Shown one piece after another: positions 39,501 to 53,700 of a stretch of 64,000 nucleotides of DNA (the first letter of the stretch is position 1; each line of letters begins with the position of its first letter). Location: NCBI GenBank assembly GCA_905331295.1, contig CAJNYD010000062.1, positions 248,001 through 312,000 of the forward strand, read 5' to 3'. The notes below the pieces were generated by a model, which saw only the letters and a list, made by a program, of their open reading frames with translations, did not search any database and was not told where the DNA came from. Source of the stretch: Rotaria socialis (taxonomy: Eukaryota). Both the position numbers and the translations under genes were made by a program.

Positions 39501-42500
39501 GACTTTTGATATGTGCTGAAAATAAATATTCCCTACATTCGTTTGTTTTCAAAATGCAACCAAATAGATATTCACATAAATATTTCTCATAGATAAGTAG
39601 TATATAATCATTTTTCTATGTGTGTATCGCCTGGCAAGTTTTATTGCAATAACGTTTCGATGGAAAGCGAAGAATCTCAGTTAAAATTTGATTAAAGATA
39701 TTGATGACGATGAATAGATCAAGTTGAATTTGTTTTGTGTTATAGATTTTAGTTGTGATTCGATTATTTTTAGGAAGGAGATGATAAGCATAAACGATGG
39801 GATGGTATGATAGGTGAATTAATAAATTATCAAGCTGATATGATTATAGCTCCTTTAACCATCAGTCCTGAACGTGCAGAAGATATTGAATTTACCAAGC
39901 CCTTTAAATACCAAGGTATCACAATTCTTGTACGAAAGGTAAATTCATTTTCGTTGAGGAAAGTTTCATACTTTAAATATGATTGATAAATTTAGAGTAC
40001 AAGTACATCAAATTTAGCTTCATTCTTACAACCATTTAAAGAAGCCTTGTGGATGATGGTTTTATTATCTGTGCATGTAGTCGCTGTTGTTTTGTATTTA
40101 CTTGATCGTTTTTCACCGTTTGGTCGATTTCGTTTTTCATCACAACAAAAGTCTGAACGTGGAAATGGTCCAGCTATTGAAGTTAATCCAGAAGAAGATG
40201 CACTTAATCTGTCACGCGCACTTTGGTTTACTTGGGGAATTTTATTAAATTCAGGAATTGGAGAAGGTTTGAAAAACGAATGTTTTTCGTCATTTCTTTT
40301 ATTCTTCATTATTATTTAGGAACACCGAGAAGTTTCTCTGCTCGTGTTCTTGGTATGGTTTGGGCAGGCTTTGCTATGATCATGGTAGCTTCTTATACTG
40401 CTAATTTAGCCGCTTTTCTTGTACTTGATCGACCTGAAGCGAGTATATCAGGAATAAACGATGCTCGAGTATGCTTATTGATTTTGCTAATCGATTATTC
40501 AAGGTTTTATTCTTTATTCTGTTAGTTGAGAAATCCTCAAGATGGTTTTACATATGCAACAGTAAAAGGATCATCTGTTGATATGTATTTCAAACGACAA
40601 GTTGGTATGTTTATAAAACAAAAATCTGATTACTTTAGTCTCTTGAAGACTTAAATATAGATGTCCACTGTTTTCTTCAGTCTCATTACACTAATACAAC
40701 AAATGTTAATTGGAAAATCGCTAGCAGACTAAGATTATTTCGCAAGGATAATCGAACATCCGAGAAACTATTTGTCTGATTTATTGCTGTATTTTTAACA
40801 GATTTCTTTTTAATAACTTCCTTTCTTTTTTCTGTTTGCTTTGATGCTTTTGTTTTCTGTATTCCGTTTGGCTTAATCCATCATTATCATTATTTTGATT
40901 ATTTATGTGATTGTTAAATAAGCCTATCGTAGATCTCCAGATAATATTATATATATATATATATATTTCTTTAAACTGACAAACGCTTAAATTCATTGTG
41001 AGTAGCTCACGTTTCTTTTTAATATTGATTCCATGAGATCTGACAAATCAAAGAATTATAATCAATTATCTTTGACATTATAAATATGAATTTTTGTATG
41101 CAAAAATCTGCTGTAGCATTAAAAACATTCAAATTTAAGCAAAATTCTCTGATTTTTCTCTCACATCTGACTCTCACTATGACAGGAAAGAAGTTTGATA
41201 CCTGTTGTCATCAATTGTTGTAGACTAGGAAAACATAGCATTTGATCTAAAACTCAAAATTAGTTATCTTTTTTCGACAACATAGAAGAAGTTCCAAAAA
41301 GTAAGGAATACAGCGAAATACATCATTGTTTCATTAATAGAACTTTCAACTATGTATCGAACAATGGAATCGAAAAACTATTTAACAGCTGAAGATGCAA
41401 TAACGGATTTAAGAGACGGGTAACGAGAAGAAATTCATTTTTTTTACACTAATAGAAATAATATTTTTTCCTGCACAGAAAATTAAAAGCATTTATTTGG
41501 GATTCACCAAGACTCGAATATGAGGCAGCACAAGATTGTGATCTAGTTACAGCCGGTGAATTATTCGGACGATCCAGCTATGGTATCGCATTAAGAAAAA
41601 AAGATGCATGGATTAATCCATTATCTCACACAATATTATCATTTCATGAAAAAGGTTTTATGGAAACATTGGATAATCAATGGATTTTTTCTAAAGGGTT
41701 AAAATGATTACTTAGCCTATTCAAATGTACACAATATTCGTTTAATTTTTAGAATGAAACAATGTTCGGATCGATCATCCTCACCAGCCACACTTGGCGT
41801 AAATAATATGCTTGGTAAGAACAATATCTTAGTTGCCTGTTTTTTTTAATTTTTATTGCGTATTAATTTATTCACATTTAAATAATATAGGCGTTTTTCT
41901 ACTTGTTGCTGGTGGAATATTTGCTGGATTCTTTCTACTTGCTATTGAAATAGCATTTAAAAGACGTAAAGAGAGACGAGAAAACGAAATGGAAGTGTCT
42001 CGCAATGCTCTTCTTCATTGGAGGAAGAAAATTGAGGTAAATTCTATTCTATTCTCCTGGTATCATTATTAATCGTTTTTAAACAAGTTATATAGAAGTT
42101 TCTGAAATTAAATGATTAGAAATAGCGAATATTTCTTGATGGAACGTTTTTCTGTAATAGGTACCATTTCGACCACACTGTAAATTATTGTTTATTTCAT
42201 CGCAGTAATTTCATTAGAAAAATGTGTCGAAACCTAGCAGACAACTCACTAGCCATTCAAGAGTTCAGTTTTTCCTTAAATTCATATATAGATTGTAACA
42301 GTATTGCAAATAACCTTGAAGGAGCGTTGGGGAATTCGATATTACCTTATCTTTGACGATCGAACACTTTTTAACAGTTATTTATGATTTGTTTACTTTT
42401 ATAAATATAAAAACCGTAACTTTCTTCTTATTGATCTTAACAAGTTATAAAAATTGAAATAACAATGTTCTTTTTTAACTGCAGAAACGCAAACAACGTT

Positions 42501-42634
42501 CGATTATCTATGAGTCTGATAATCAACAACAACCTTCGGTTGACACAGATCTACTTAATGAAGCACCATCAAATAGAATGGATCGTCATAAACTATCGAA
42601 TATGACAAATAATACAACAAGTATTAATTATTAG
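36595..42634 (+). CDS. GRIN1: NMDA-type ionotropic glutamate receptor subunit GluN1 (NR1), multi-exon
   Basis: Signal peptide, amino-terminal domain, S1 ([33 protein letters not shown]), M1 ([10 protein letters not shown]), M2 [21 protein letters not shown]3 [11 protein letters not shown]2 ([18 protein letters not shown]), M4 and a C0-like tail. Confidence 0.95.
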
Positions 42635-44795
42635 TCATCAACAAACGAAAAGTGTTTAACTTGAATTTAAAATTTTTATTCGTATCGTTTTCTTTTGCTA
42701 TATCTAGTCATCAGTGTCTGATAGTTGTTGTTGTTTGTACTGTATTTTTTCTTTGAGTACTCGAATAAAAGAACAATTATTTACTATTTTTTCACATAAT
42801 TCAATCAAAACATACACTGTCACCATTGTCTATTCAAATGCTATTATTAGTAGATTTCGAAGGAGACGTCATCGTTCTTTTTAGAAATCATTTATATTTT
42901 GCTCTTCCACAAAGTGACAAGTCCACTGACTTGTTTCTGTAGCAGGTTCAGTTATATAAGTAAAAGCTTCACTATAAAATTGAAAAACTGAAGATGTTTG
43001 ACTGGTTTCGTGATATTATTAGTAGAGAAAATTTACTTTTCATCTGTATGGCTTTATAAATCATACATAAAAATAATTCTGTTATCAAAGAGATACATCA
43101 CAGAATCGATCATAATAAATGTTGGTCATAATAGTTTATTTCTGTCTAATTTTTCATATAAGCAAATATCATTTTTATCGACATAAAACTCTATATTCTG
43201 AAACTATTTGAATTATACAAATCAAATACGAGAAAAGATTAAAACTCTATCGTCTTTTAATTTTGTTCCTTATATGTATATCTAAAAATCTGTTCGCTGA
43301 TGAAGCTTATTCTACAACAGAAATACGTTGTCATTAGTATTTGACAAAAACAAAATTTGTCTGATTTGGTATCAACTACTTTCATGGTCTATCTAAATAG
43401 CTAATTGTTTCTAACGAAATTTCTAAGTTTGTTAAAAAAGAGCATGACAAAAGCATCATCTAGCAACTAAATTACTTTGTAGAACAGAAGAAATCACATT
43501 TTTCTTTTATGTTGTTCTGTTATAGATATGTTTACATAGGCGAAGAGATTTTAGCATCATACTGACTAATTTTGAAGATCATTTACTACAGCTCCAAGCT
43601 ATTTTCACTATCAAGATTAAAGGCACCATTTCAATAGACCTATCAGATATGTATTTCATGCTTACATAATAGAATTTTTTGTAATCAAAACAGTCTTGAA
43701 AAATATTTTCGCTTTTTTTCTTATCCATACCGTATTATCAAAGCAATCATTTCGGAAAAAACGTTTGTCTTTTATAGTTTTAACTAAAGTAACTTACTTG
43801 ATTCATTACAAAGAGTTAGAACAGAGTTTCCGATTTTCCTCTGCTATATCATGATTCTTGTATTTCTACTTAAAATTTCTACTTAAAATTTTAAAGTAAA
43901 TAAAATGTTTGAAGATATACATAGTCGTTCAATGGAAATACATCAGGAAACTTTCAGATTTGATAAGTTTTGCTGTGTTAAAATATCGAAAATGCAAAAT
44001 AAAGAAATGCGACTCAACCATTATTGAACCAGTCGTAATAGTACATTGATAGAGCCTTGAGGAAATGCTTTTGCCATATGATAACCTTGTCCTTCCAAAA
44101 CCTTTGGTCCATGACCGTTTGAAAGATATGTGACAATCTATGGCAAACAAAACAACATAAGACATTTCAGAATCAATAATGAAGAATATGTCTATTGCTG
44201 TTGGGCATAGGACGATGAAGAACGACGATGATTGCCAACGTATCCTTGTTCTTCTTTTTTTTCTTTTCTTCTTTTCATCAAGAGTATAGAAATAATATTA
44301 ATCCATACGTAACATCTCATCTTGTGCTACAACTGAGTAAACGAACAATCCACATATGTATGCATCATCATTATCATCACCGATTGCTGCTGTATATTCT
44401 TTATATACGAGAGAGTATTAGTAGAAAGATGTCATTCTTGGAAAACTAGCCAAGAGAGAATTGTCATAATAGATTGTGATAGAAAATATATATCTTTCAT
44501 CTGCAAATTGAAGGACAGCGTTAATGATGATCATGCACATTATGATTTGTCGTAGTAGATACTTCTATTTCACTTTTCTTAATCGAAGTCAAATTGATTA
44601 ACATTATGTTTTTATTAGAAATCTCAAAATAGAAAAACAAGATTTTTTTCACTCACTTGGAAACTTATTCGTAATTGTAAGTAAAAACTTTATAATTAGC
44701 TAAATATTTGAACTCATTTTTAATTCGATAAAGCGAGGATTTTGCTCACCACATTTTTCTATTTCATAGACTTTATTTATGAATTTCATATTTCA

Positions 44796-47700
44796 ATGAT
44801 AATAGAAAGTCATCAAAGTCATACACATCTCCTTCATTCTATTGAACATCGACCACGTCGTCGTTATCATACATTAGATAATGCAACATTAGATCAATTC
44901 AATTTTATTTGTGTACCATTACACCCTGAAGAGGTAAATTTCTTCTATTTATTAACTAATATTATCAGTTAACCTTGAGCCATATGGTATTTATGTGATA
45001 AACATATGTAAACAAAATTATTTTCTCTTTTGCTTCTCTGATTAAATATAACAAAAAAAATTTAAGATCTATTAAATGGCAATGCCTTGAAAAAATGATT
45101 TGTTTTTTTGTTATTCATAGGCACGAATTAATTTATCATCATCATATTCTAATTTAAATAAAACATCTACCAATGATATTTCAATATCGAAACCAACAGG
45201 ATTATCGTCTCCTACACGTCGTGTTCATTTCAAATTTAATGAAAAGGATAAAAACAGGAGTATGAATAATCAACATGTGCGATCATCGGATGATGTTGGA
45301 TTTCCAAAAAATTGCTCAACTCATCGTGTTGAATTTCGAATTCCTATTCATAAAGGTATGCTCAATTGTTTGATCTATAATTTAAGTGGTGCAAAAAAAA
45401 ACTTTTTCTTTTCTTTTTCCTTCTCATTTTCTTATTGAAGATATCAATCCATGGTTAAATATTGGTTGTTTATCTACACCAACTAAAGCACGCACAATAA
45501 CGTCAAAAAAAATTGATATAAACTACTTTAGTAATGATAATACTAACAATAAGATATATCCACATGATAGAGTATTATTGATCAATTCTCCAACGGTACG
45601 TAAGAACAAAAATATTTGTTTCGTCTCATACAAAGAATTTATTGTTGAAAGAAAAAACATCCTTTGTAAGATCGATAATGTGTCGAAAGAGAAAGGATGA
45701 TATTTTAACGTTCACTTACTAGTTGATATAGAGTAGATCGGCAAGATGAGACTATAGATGCGTGATAGGATACTGTTTGATGATAAACTAATATTGTTTA
45801 ACATATATACATGTTTATATGAATGATGGATACTTTGTTTATAGTCAAAAATAAATAACATTCCTTCGTTGCCATTCGTTCACTGTAATTAACAAGTATG
45901 TTAACAATCGATGGTGTTTTATTTTTGAGTATTCTACAGCATCTAGTGAATTTATTTTCATTAAAAATATATGAAGAAAAACATATAGGAATGACTAAAT
46001 TAATCAAAGAAGAAAACAGAACTCGAATGAATATATAGAGTACGATCCAGAATGTTAGCTATTTTCTTTTTCTTTCGTTCTGATGTGGCGCTCATGGTTC
46101 GATCGTGTGTTTGCATGTTTGATTTATAGAGCATCAAAAACAAGTAAATCATCGTCATAAACCCTTAGTTATCTACAGCAATCGATTCTTTTCTAGTTGC
46201 CCTCTTCCTCCTTCTTTTTTTACAGTTAGTCGGTGCAACATCATCCTCGACGGCAAAATAGAAAGACTTATCTGTAGACCAAAAACAACAACAACAACGG
46301 CACCGAGCGTGCCGACGTTCTGTAACCATCTTCTCTTTTGCTTTCTTCTTCTCCTCAGTGTTTACAACAGTGGTCCATCAGCATATTTTAATCTCATTAT
46401 TTTTATATGCGAATGCGCCCTAGAAATAAAAAGAGCAAACGATAGAATTTACTTTTGCCATCGCATAATTATCAAATAATCTGAGTTCGATCAGTGCATA
46501 CAAATTATTGACATTTCCACGATTACTATCCATATTAATATTCTCTCAACAGCATGATCGTATCATAGAAAATAAGTTTGATTTTCATCTACTGTTAATG
46601 GATCAGACAAAAACACTGAATCCTAATGCTGGTTGTCGCTGTCATCAGGTAGGTACAAATATGATTAAAGGATAGGGAAAAAAACAAGATATTCATTTCA
46701 TATTTTATTTTTACAAATAAAACTATATTGCTATGTATTCATTGACCTATGTAATTCATTAAATTCAATATTTTTCTTATTGTTAATTGTATGAATTGAT
46801 TGTTTTTGTTTTGCTGACAGAAAGTTAATGATAAATAAATGAAAAAAATGATTAACAAAAAGAGTCTTTTTTTCTAGTTTGAAGATTTCATAGCTCATCT
46901 CAAATAAACTGCAGTCTATTCATTTCCTTTTTTTAAAATTTACTCGATGTTTTACACATTCATCAATCATCACATAAACTAATACATGTGCATGATATGC
47001 TATTTGACGTTTTTCTTCTTTTGGCATACATACAAACACAGTCTCTTAGTAATAATAACAATATTGTCATTGCTTTCACCTTTACTCTTTCTTGTTTTTA
47101 ATACACTTTGTGTTACTGTTGTTTGTTTGATCTGTTGTCTAGAGAGAATTGATTATTGTATAATAACTAGCGAAGGATAGACAACAACATTTTTTTAATC
47201 AACAAATGGTAAAGACAAAACAATGTTATTAGTTTCAACTATAAATATGACATTGTAGTGTCATATGTTATGTTAAATACGTTAGTATATAATACAGAAA
47301 AAAATCGATGTTATTTTTATCTCTGAGAAAACATACATGAAACGAAAAGATATTTATACTCTGTTGGAACGATTATAAGCTAAAAAAGAGACATTTATAT
47401 TTAGATAGATAGATAAATACTCTAATCTATTATATTTTTCTAGTTGCCAACTATCGATTCTGAAAAGGAACAAACAAATTGGTACAAAGAAATGTATTGT
47501 AAAATACATAAAATACCTGAAAATCCGAAAGGTAAATGAATTTCAAAAGCTTTTCATTTTTCTTCAGCATGTATTTTGTTTTTGTTTTAATTTGGAGAGA
47601 AAATAATAATAAAAATTAGCCAGAAGAATTACTAAAACTCTAATAATGCTTTAGATGTCATTCTTGTCAAGTTACCTTCTACACTTTCTCGATATCGAGA

Positions 47701-50700
47701 ATACAATCAGCAAAGAGGTTAGTTAAAAAAATACTCTTTCAATATTCTCATACAAATAGACATATTGCTTTCTCCCCGCTTCTGTATTGTCTATGGCAAA
47801 TTGTGAGTGAATCACATTACCATTTTATCAATTGCGCTTAAATGTACAGTGCGTTAGTCTATAGCTATATACTATGTAATGAATTTCAAGTCGATGCTAT
47901 AGACATATTTACATTTATAAAATTCACTTCGATAGGTTCCTTATACATGGGTGTTAATAGACAATTGAATTTCATTTATTACAATAATACATAATACAAT
48001 AGAAATGTTGAAAATTGAACTTCTTTTTTTTCATCTACTATTATATGATAACAGCTAAACCGTTATCTAAATGTTGTATTCAAACATTTATCTTAGGTCG
48101 AAATTGCTTTTTTTGCTTTTATTCGATTGTTCAGTCGATATCTTCATATGTAAATCTCTTATTGTTTGTATTGCATTATGCTTTTTTTCCGACTTCTTTT
48201 TGTTTATTCAATGGCACCAAATAGATAATTATTTTTAAATAAAAATGTCATACTTGAATGAAATGTTTCTTTTTACTGTAGACAAACAATCTAATCCATA
48301 TAAGCCTACATATACATTCCCGGCAGAATTCGACGGTAATTTTGAACGTATGGAAAATTATATGCGAACAGCTGCTTCGCAAAATATTGATGATGAATAT
48401 AGTATGATTGAATTAAAATAATCCTTTGAAATAAACTAAATAATATATGTAGAAAATATCTCTTCTTCATCATCGGCAAGAAAACCTACGGCAAGTGTTA
48501 CGTAAGAGATTATTCAAATAATATTGATCGAGAATTTTTTTTTCTCCCTTTTATAACGCAGTGATCATACAACAATAACAAAGCGAAATAGACAACAAAT
48601 AATACGTTTTGATGATCAATTATCATCACCAACAACTACTGTTTCATTCAATGACCGAGTTAAATCAGTATGCAAAAACAAAAAAGAACCCATTGTACAT
48701 ATTAATATACACATCTGTTCATTGACTTCCTAGAATAATGATACTTCGGCATCATCCACAATGGCTAGTTCAAGAACGAATACTAACTAGTAAGTTCATT
48801 GATGCAGAATAATCTTTCATGGTTATTTGTATTCTTAGTAATCAAACACCTTCCTCAACAGCAGATGATGAACAAAAATCAATCTATAAACGTATATTAT
48901 GTGGTGGAGAGATTCCATCAGCTGGTTTACAAAAACTTTCTACTAGCAACCGAGGTAGGCAGTTTCGTTCGTTTTTTTTTTATTAAATATTGCAACAGAA
49001 AATCGGTGACAGCTGTAATATAAAAGAAAGAGAAAAAATGAGCAAAAAGACATGAAAAGAATCGATTATTTTCCGTCACAAGTTCATGATGACAGTTCCA
49101 TCTAGTTCGATAAACCATCCTCTCATCCCTGATAATCATTCTAAATTATTAACAAAATTATTCGCTTATTATTCACTTCATTGGGAACAAAAGCAAACGA
49201 ATCGTTCAAATAATAATATAACCGATAGTGATATGCGTTTTGAAATAAATTCATGCTTATATTTTCAAAATACGAATAATAACGAAGATAGTGACGATGA
49301 ATCGGAACAAATACGCGAAGATGGTTGTGGATATGTCATAACTTATCGTCCTCGTATTCATCCAACACATAATCTGCAAATATATGATTTTAATTATACA
49401 AAGAATTTTGTTATAACACCGAATGATGTTTATTCGAATAGTAAGACAGATTATTTTTATTTTTATTGATAAACAAGCAACATGGTACCTTTATAAAACT
49501 ACACTTAAAATGAATAATATTTAAAAATATAAAACTAAGATAAAATATGAATAGAATAATTAAAAAAATAATGAATATCTTGCAGTATTTCACTCGTTTC
49601 TTTTTATCGTTTACTTTTATCAAAATATTTCTATAAGAAAGTGCCAAAGAAGTGGGTAAATCGATGCCTTGAACCTTTTAAATAGTTACTCTTTTTTTCC
49701 TCACTTTTATCTACTTACGTCACACAAGACTCTTTCAATTTCATCAGTGCATATACTTTAGATACTTTTCTCTTTCAAAAAGAAGAAAGAAAAAAGTCTG
49801 CCTATTGAGATGCTTATTTGGAAAGAAGAGAAACCAATGAACAACAACAACAACATCAACGAGCACACTTGTATATGAATATACAAATTTCATCTTTTTC
49901 TATGATTATAAAAGTGTTAGCGTTTGCTAACCTTGAGAGATAGTGAGAAGGTTTTTATATTTCTCTCGGCCTCGTTACTATGAGACATCTGTCTCGTATC
50001 GCTTGATATCTGAAAATATAATACGTGATTACACGAGAATGAAATGGATGTAAAAGAGCGGAAGAGTTATATGTTAATGTACAGATTGTATAAATATATT
50101 TGACCTCGAAAACACAGTAAGGCAGCGAAGAGTATATAAAAAGTCAATATCGGCCGACTAGTTACTAGTTGATTTCTTCTGAGTAATTACAAATGATGAT
50201 GACTATCTATCTGCACCTGTGTATTAGTTTGCCTAGCTATTTCATGAAACCTTGAATCGATATGCTTGCAATGATCTTTTTTCTTATTAATTGATTTCAT
50301 CGAGTTGTTTTTTCTTCTTCTTTTCATTGGTATACAAATGTTTTTTATTTTTATTTCGAATATTAAATTTCAATTTATTCAAAAAATGTTCTTTTTTCTT
50401 TTTCCTTCTTGTATTCAATCTGCTTAAACTCTTACTATTTTGCGTCACACTCTACGATATGATAGTAATATAAAACAAGAATATAGCTATATAAGAACGT
50501 TGTTCATCGTAACAACTGCATGAAAAAAAAATCAAGATCGAAAAGTATGTACACACAATCGAGATGAGTTGATGATGAGTTGATGTACGTTTTTGTATAT
50601 GTGTGCCTATGTGAATACACAGAGACAGAGCATCAACGTCAATAACATGCGCATGCACATAAAAGAGAACACTTATTTACACATATTTACACGGCTAGAA

Positions 50701-53700
50701 GGCATCAAGAGGCACAAGAACGAAGAAAAAAGGAGAAAAAAATCTAAAGCGAAATATTGCCATAACCATCAATACAGTTGTACATTTACTCTGGCTTTTG
50801 TCGCTTGTTTTTTTTTCTGTCGTTCTCTCTTTCTCTCTCTCTCTTTTTGCCTTTTCTCTTCGTTTTTCTTTTCGACCAATTTTTTCATATTTATTCTCTT
50901 CTATTCTCTCGGCGTCACACTGCGATGGCGATCATTGCGAGAATGCGCTTGTTTTTTTTCATATGTACGAGAGGAAGAGAAAAAGAAAATAGAACTCAGA
51001 AGTAATTAACAAAAAAAAAGACAAAGCAATAGTCAATAGAGAATTGCTCTTCATATACTCCAACCGTACCTCCGCAATTAGACCAAGAACAACACCGATT
51101 ACCATCGTCGTCTCTTCATTGGCCGTCTATATATATCTATATATATCCGTTCATGACACTTCACTTGTAGATATATAGACACAAGCCTTTTCTTTTTTCC
51201 TCGTTTCGCTTTATCTTTATCATTTCCACGGCTCATTGACAAAAAGAGTAGGCGACAAACGACCAGGTAGTGCGTATACATAATATACATACCGGACCAT
51301 CATCACATTACGAAGATTCGAATGAGTGTCATTCATTCATTATAATTGTGCGATCAACCATATTTACACAAAAAAAAGAAAACGGGAACTATTACGACTC
51401 TTTGTATTCATTTCACTTAAGTAAATGGCAGAAGATAAAACTACAAATAACATCGAAAATGAAACTCCTGATAGTAATGTCAATGAACTTATTCGTATCG
51501 TTCACAGTCATCTTACGCCTATTGCATCGATATATTCACCCATAAATTCAACATCTAGTGCAACGCGTACATATACACCACCATTGATGGGTACATCGGC
51601 TCGTGCTGCTAAACGTCGAGTTGATAGTGATTCAGGACCAATACGTATTGAAGGGACAGATACATATAATCAGCAATTACAACATCATTATCAAAATGTT
51701 CGACAAATTTTGGAAGATCAACAACAAAATCAAGATGAATTACATAGTTCAAATGTTGATATGCCACCTGAATCGCGACAATCTTTTAGTGCTAAACGAG
51801 ATTTTTTCGAACAACGCTTTAAAACACCACCACCTACGTATGATAGTCCACCACGACAGCAGCAAGCACAGAAAATAGTTACAACTATTACAACAACAAC
51901 AACCACAGCAGCAGCAACACCTACAGGACCGACATATAATGTTCAAGATCGTACAAGTTCATCATCGAATGAATCCCCATCAGTTGATCGTGTACTTGAA
52001 CAAGCTGTTGAATTACAAAAAATGAGTAATATTAATGCAATTAAAAATGAATCTCAAGCACCTCTCATCATTGAACGTACTGAAGAATATCAAGTATTTT
52101 TAGATTCGTCAAATCATGAAGTTCGTCGTACACCAAGTACTTCACGTACATCTATTGTTCAATTAACTAAAACTGGTCATGCAACAGATCTTGATCAAGC
52201 ACAAGCACAAGTCGAAAGTTTGACTGATGATCATCAAGCTATACAACATTTAACTCGTGTACTTCAAGAACATAACGTATCCACTATTAATGAATATAAA
52301 CGTTCACCATCTCAAACAAATCAAAATCCTATTGCATTATCATTATTATCATCACCGAATATTCTTGTTGACCGACCTAATTTACCGATAACAAGTGACT
52401 ATACAGTTATAGACGCATTAGTTAATAATCCGCTAGGAACGATGAATGACAATTATAATAATATGTTAAATAAACGTTGTAATGAAATAATGACAAACTT
52501 AAGAAATCCAGAATATTTAAATACATTGAAGCAAACAACAACAACAACAACAACAACAGCAGCGATAGCTAAAGATTCAAAAAAGAAATCAAAAGAGAAA
52601 AAACCAAAAGAAAAGAAACTAAAAGAACAAAATTCAAGAGAAAATGAAAAAGAATCAAAAAGAAAAACTTCATTGACAGATGATAATATTGAACGTGCAA
52701 CGGTGCGATCTCATATTACTACTGCCGAAGTATTACAAGCAAAAACAGTAGAGCCAATGACAGCGGCGACTTTATCTGAACAAGTTCCATTAATTGATCC
52801 AAAAGAAAAGAAAAAACAAGATAAAGAAAAGAAAAAAGCATTAAAAGTGAAATCTAAATCAAAGTCAAAATCTGAAAATTATCAAGCTATTGATGCCATT
52901 ATCAGTAGTCCAATATCAATACGTCTGCCAGATTCTTATCTAACCAAATATAATGTTAGTCCACCATTATCGTTGTCATTGCCTCTTCAATCTATACCAT
53001 CGACAGAAATATCTAATCCAATTATTAATAAAAATACTACAACTACAGCAACATTATCAAAAGATAATACTAATACTAATGTACAAGATAAGAATCAAAC
53101 ATTGTTTCATCTAATCCAAATTGTTGGTGCAATTCAATTACATGGTGCACCTGGTATTAAAGATTCATTACATAGAGTACCAACAAAAACTAGCATTGCA
53201 ACTGATTCTAAAGAATCAATTATTGCACCTAAACAATCAGCATTTGTTTTAAATGAAGTTATTCATGAACAAGCTTTATTAGAACAACAACGTCCAATTG
53301 TAACTTCCAATCCAACAGTGCCTTCTCTACACGGAGTTGTTCGTCGACAATCTCTATTAGAACAACAACGCCCAATAACATCTCCTAATGAAGCAGAAAC
53401 AAATCTCCAGTCTGAACCAATAAAGCCTCGTATTATTTATCGTTATATGGACGAGCAAGGGCGTATACTTAAAATATCATCTGTACCACCTTCTGAATTA
53501 CGCGAACAACCAGCACAGCAATATACATATCATAATATAGAACCACCATATCTTTATGGTAGACATATTGCTGTTAATGATGATCGTCGTCATCCATTAC
53601 CACAATATGAACAACATGCTACATGGCACGGTGAACCGAAATTACCGACCACTGTCACACGTGAAGATTTCGAATTAAGAGATAGACGTGTACCACAATT

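Noticed and set aside
43863..43890. 13-bp tandem duplication TTTCTACTTAAAA; similar short duplication near 2058
   Set aside because: Two-copy slippage only; not an array or CRISPR.
50291..51545. Cluster of overlapping short ORFs upstream of the 1073-aa gene
   Set aside because: Derived from CT/T-rich simple sequence; more likely promoter or 5' UTR.
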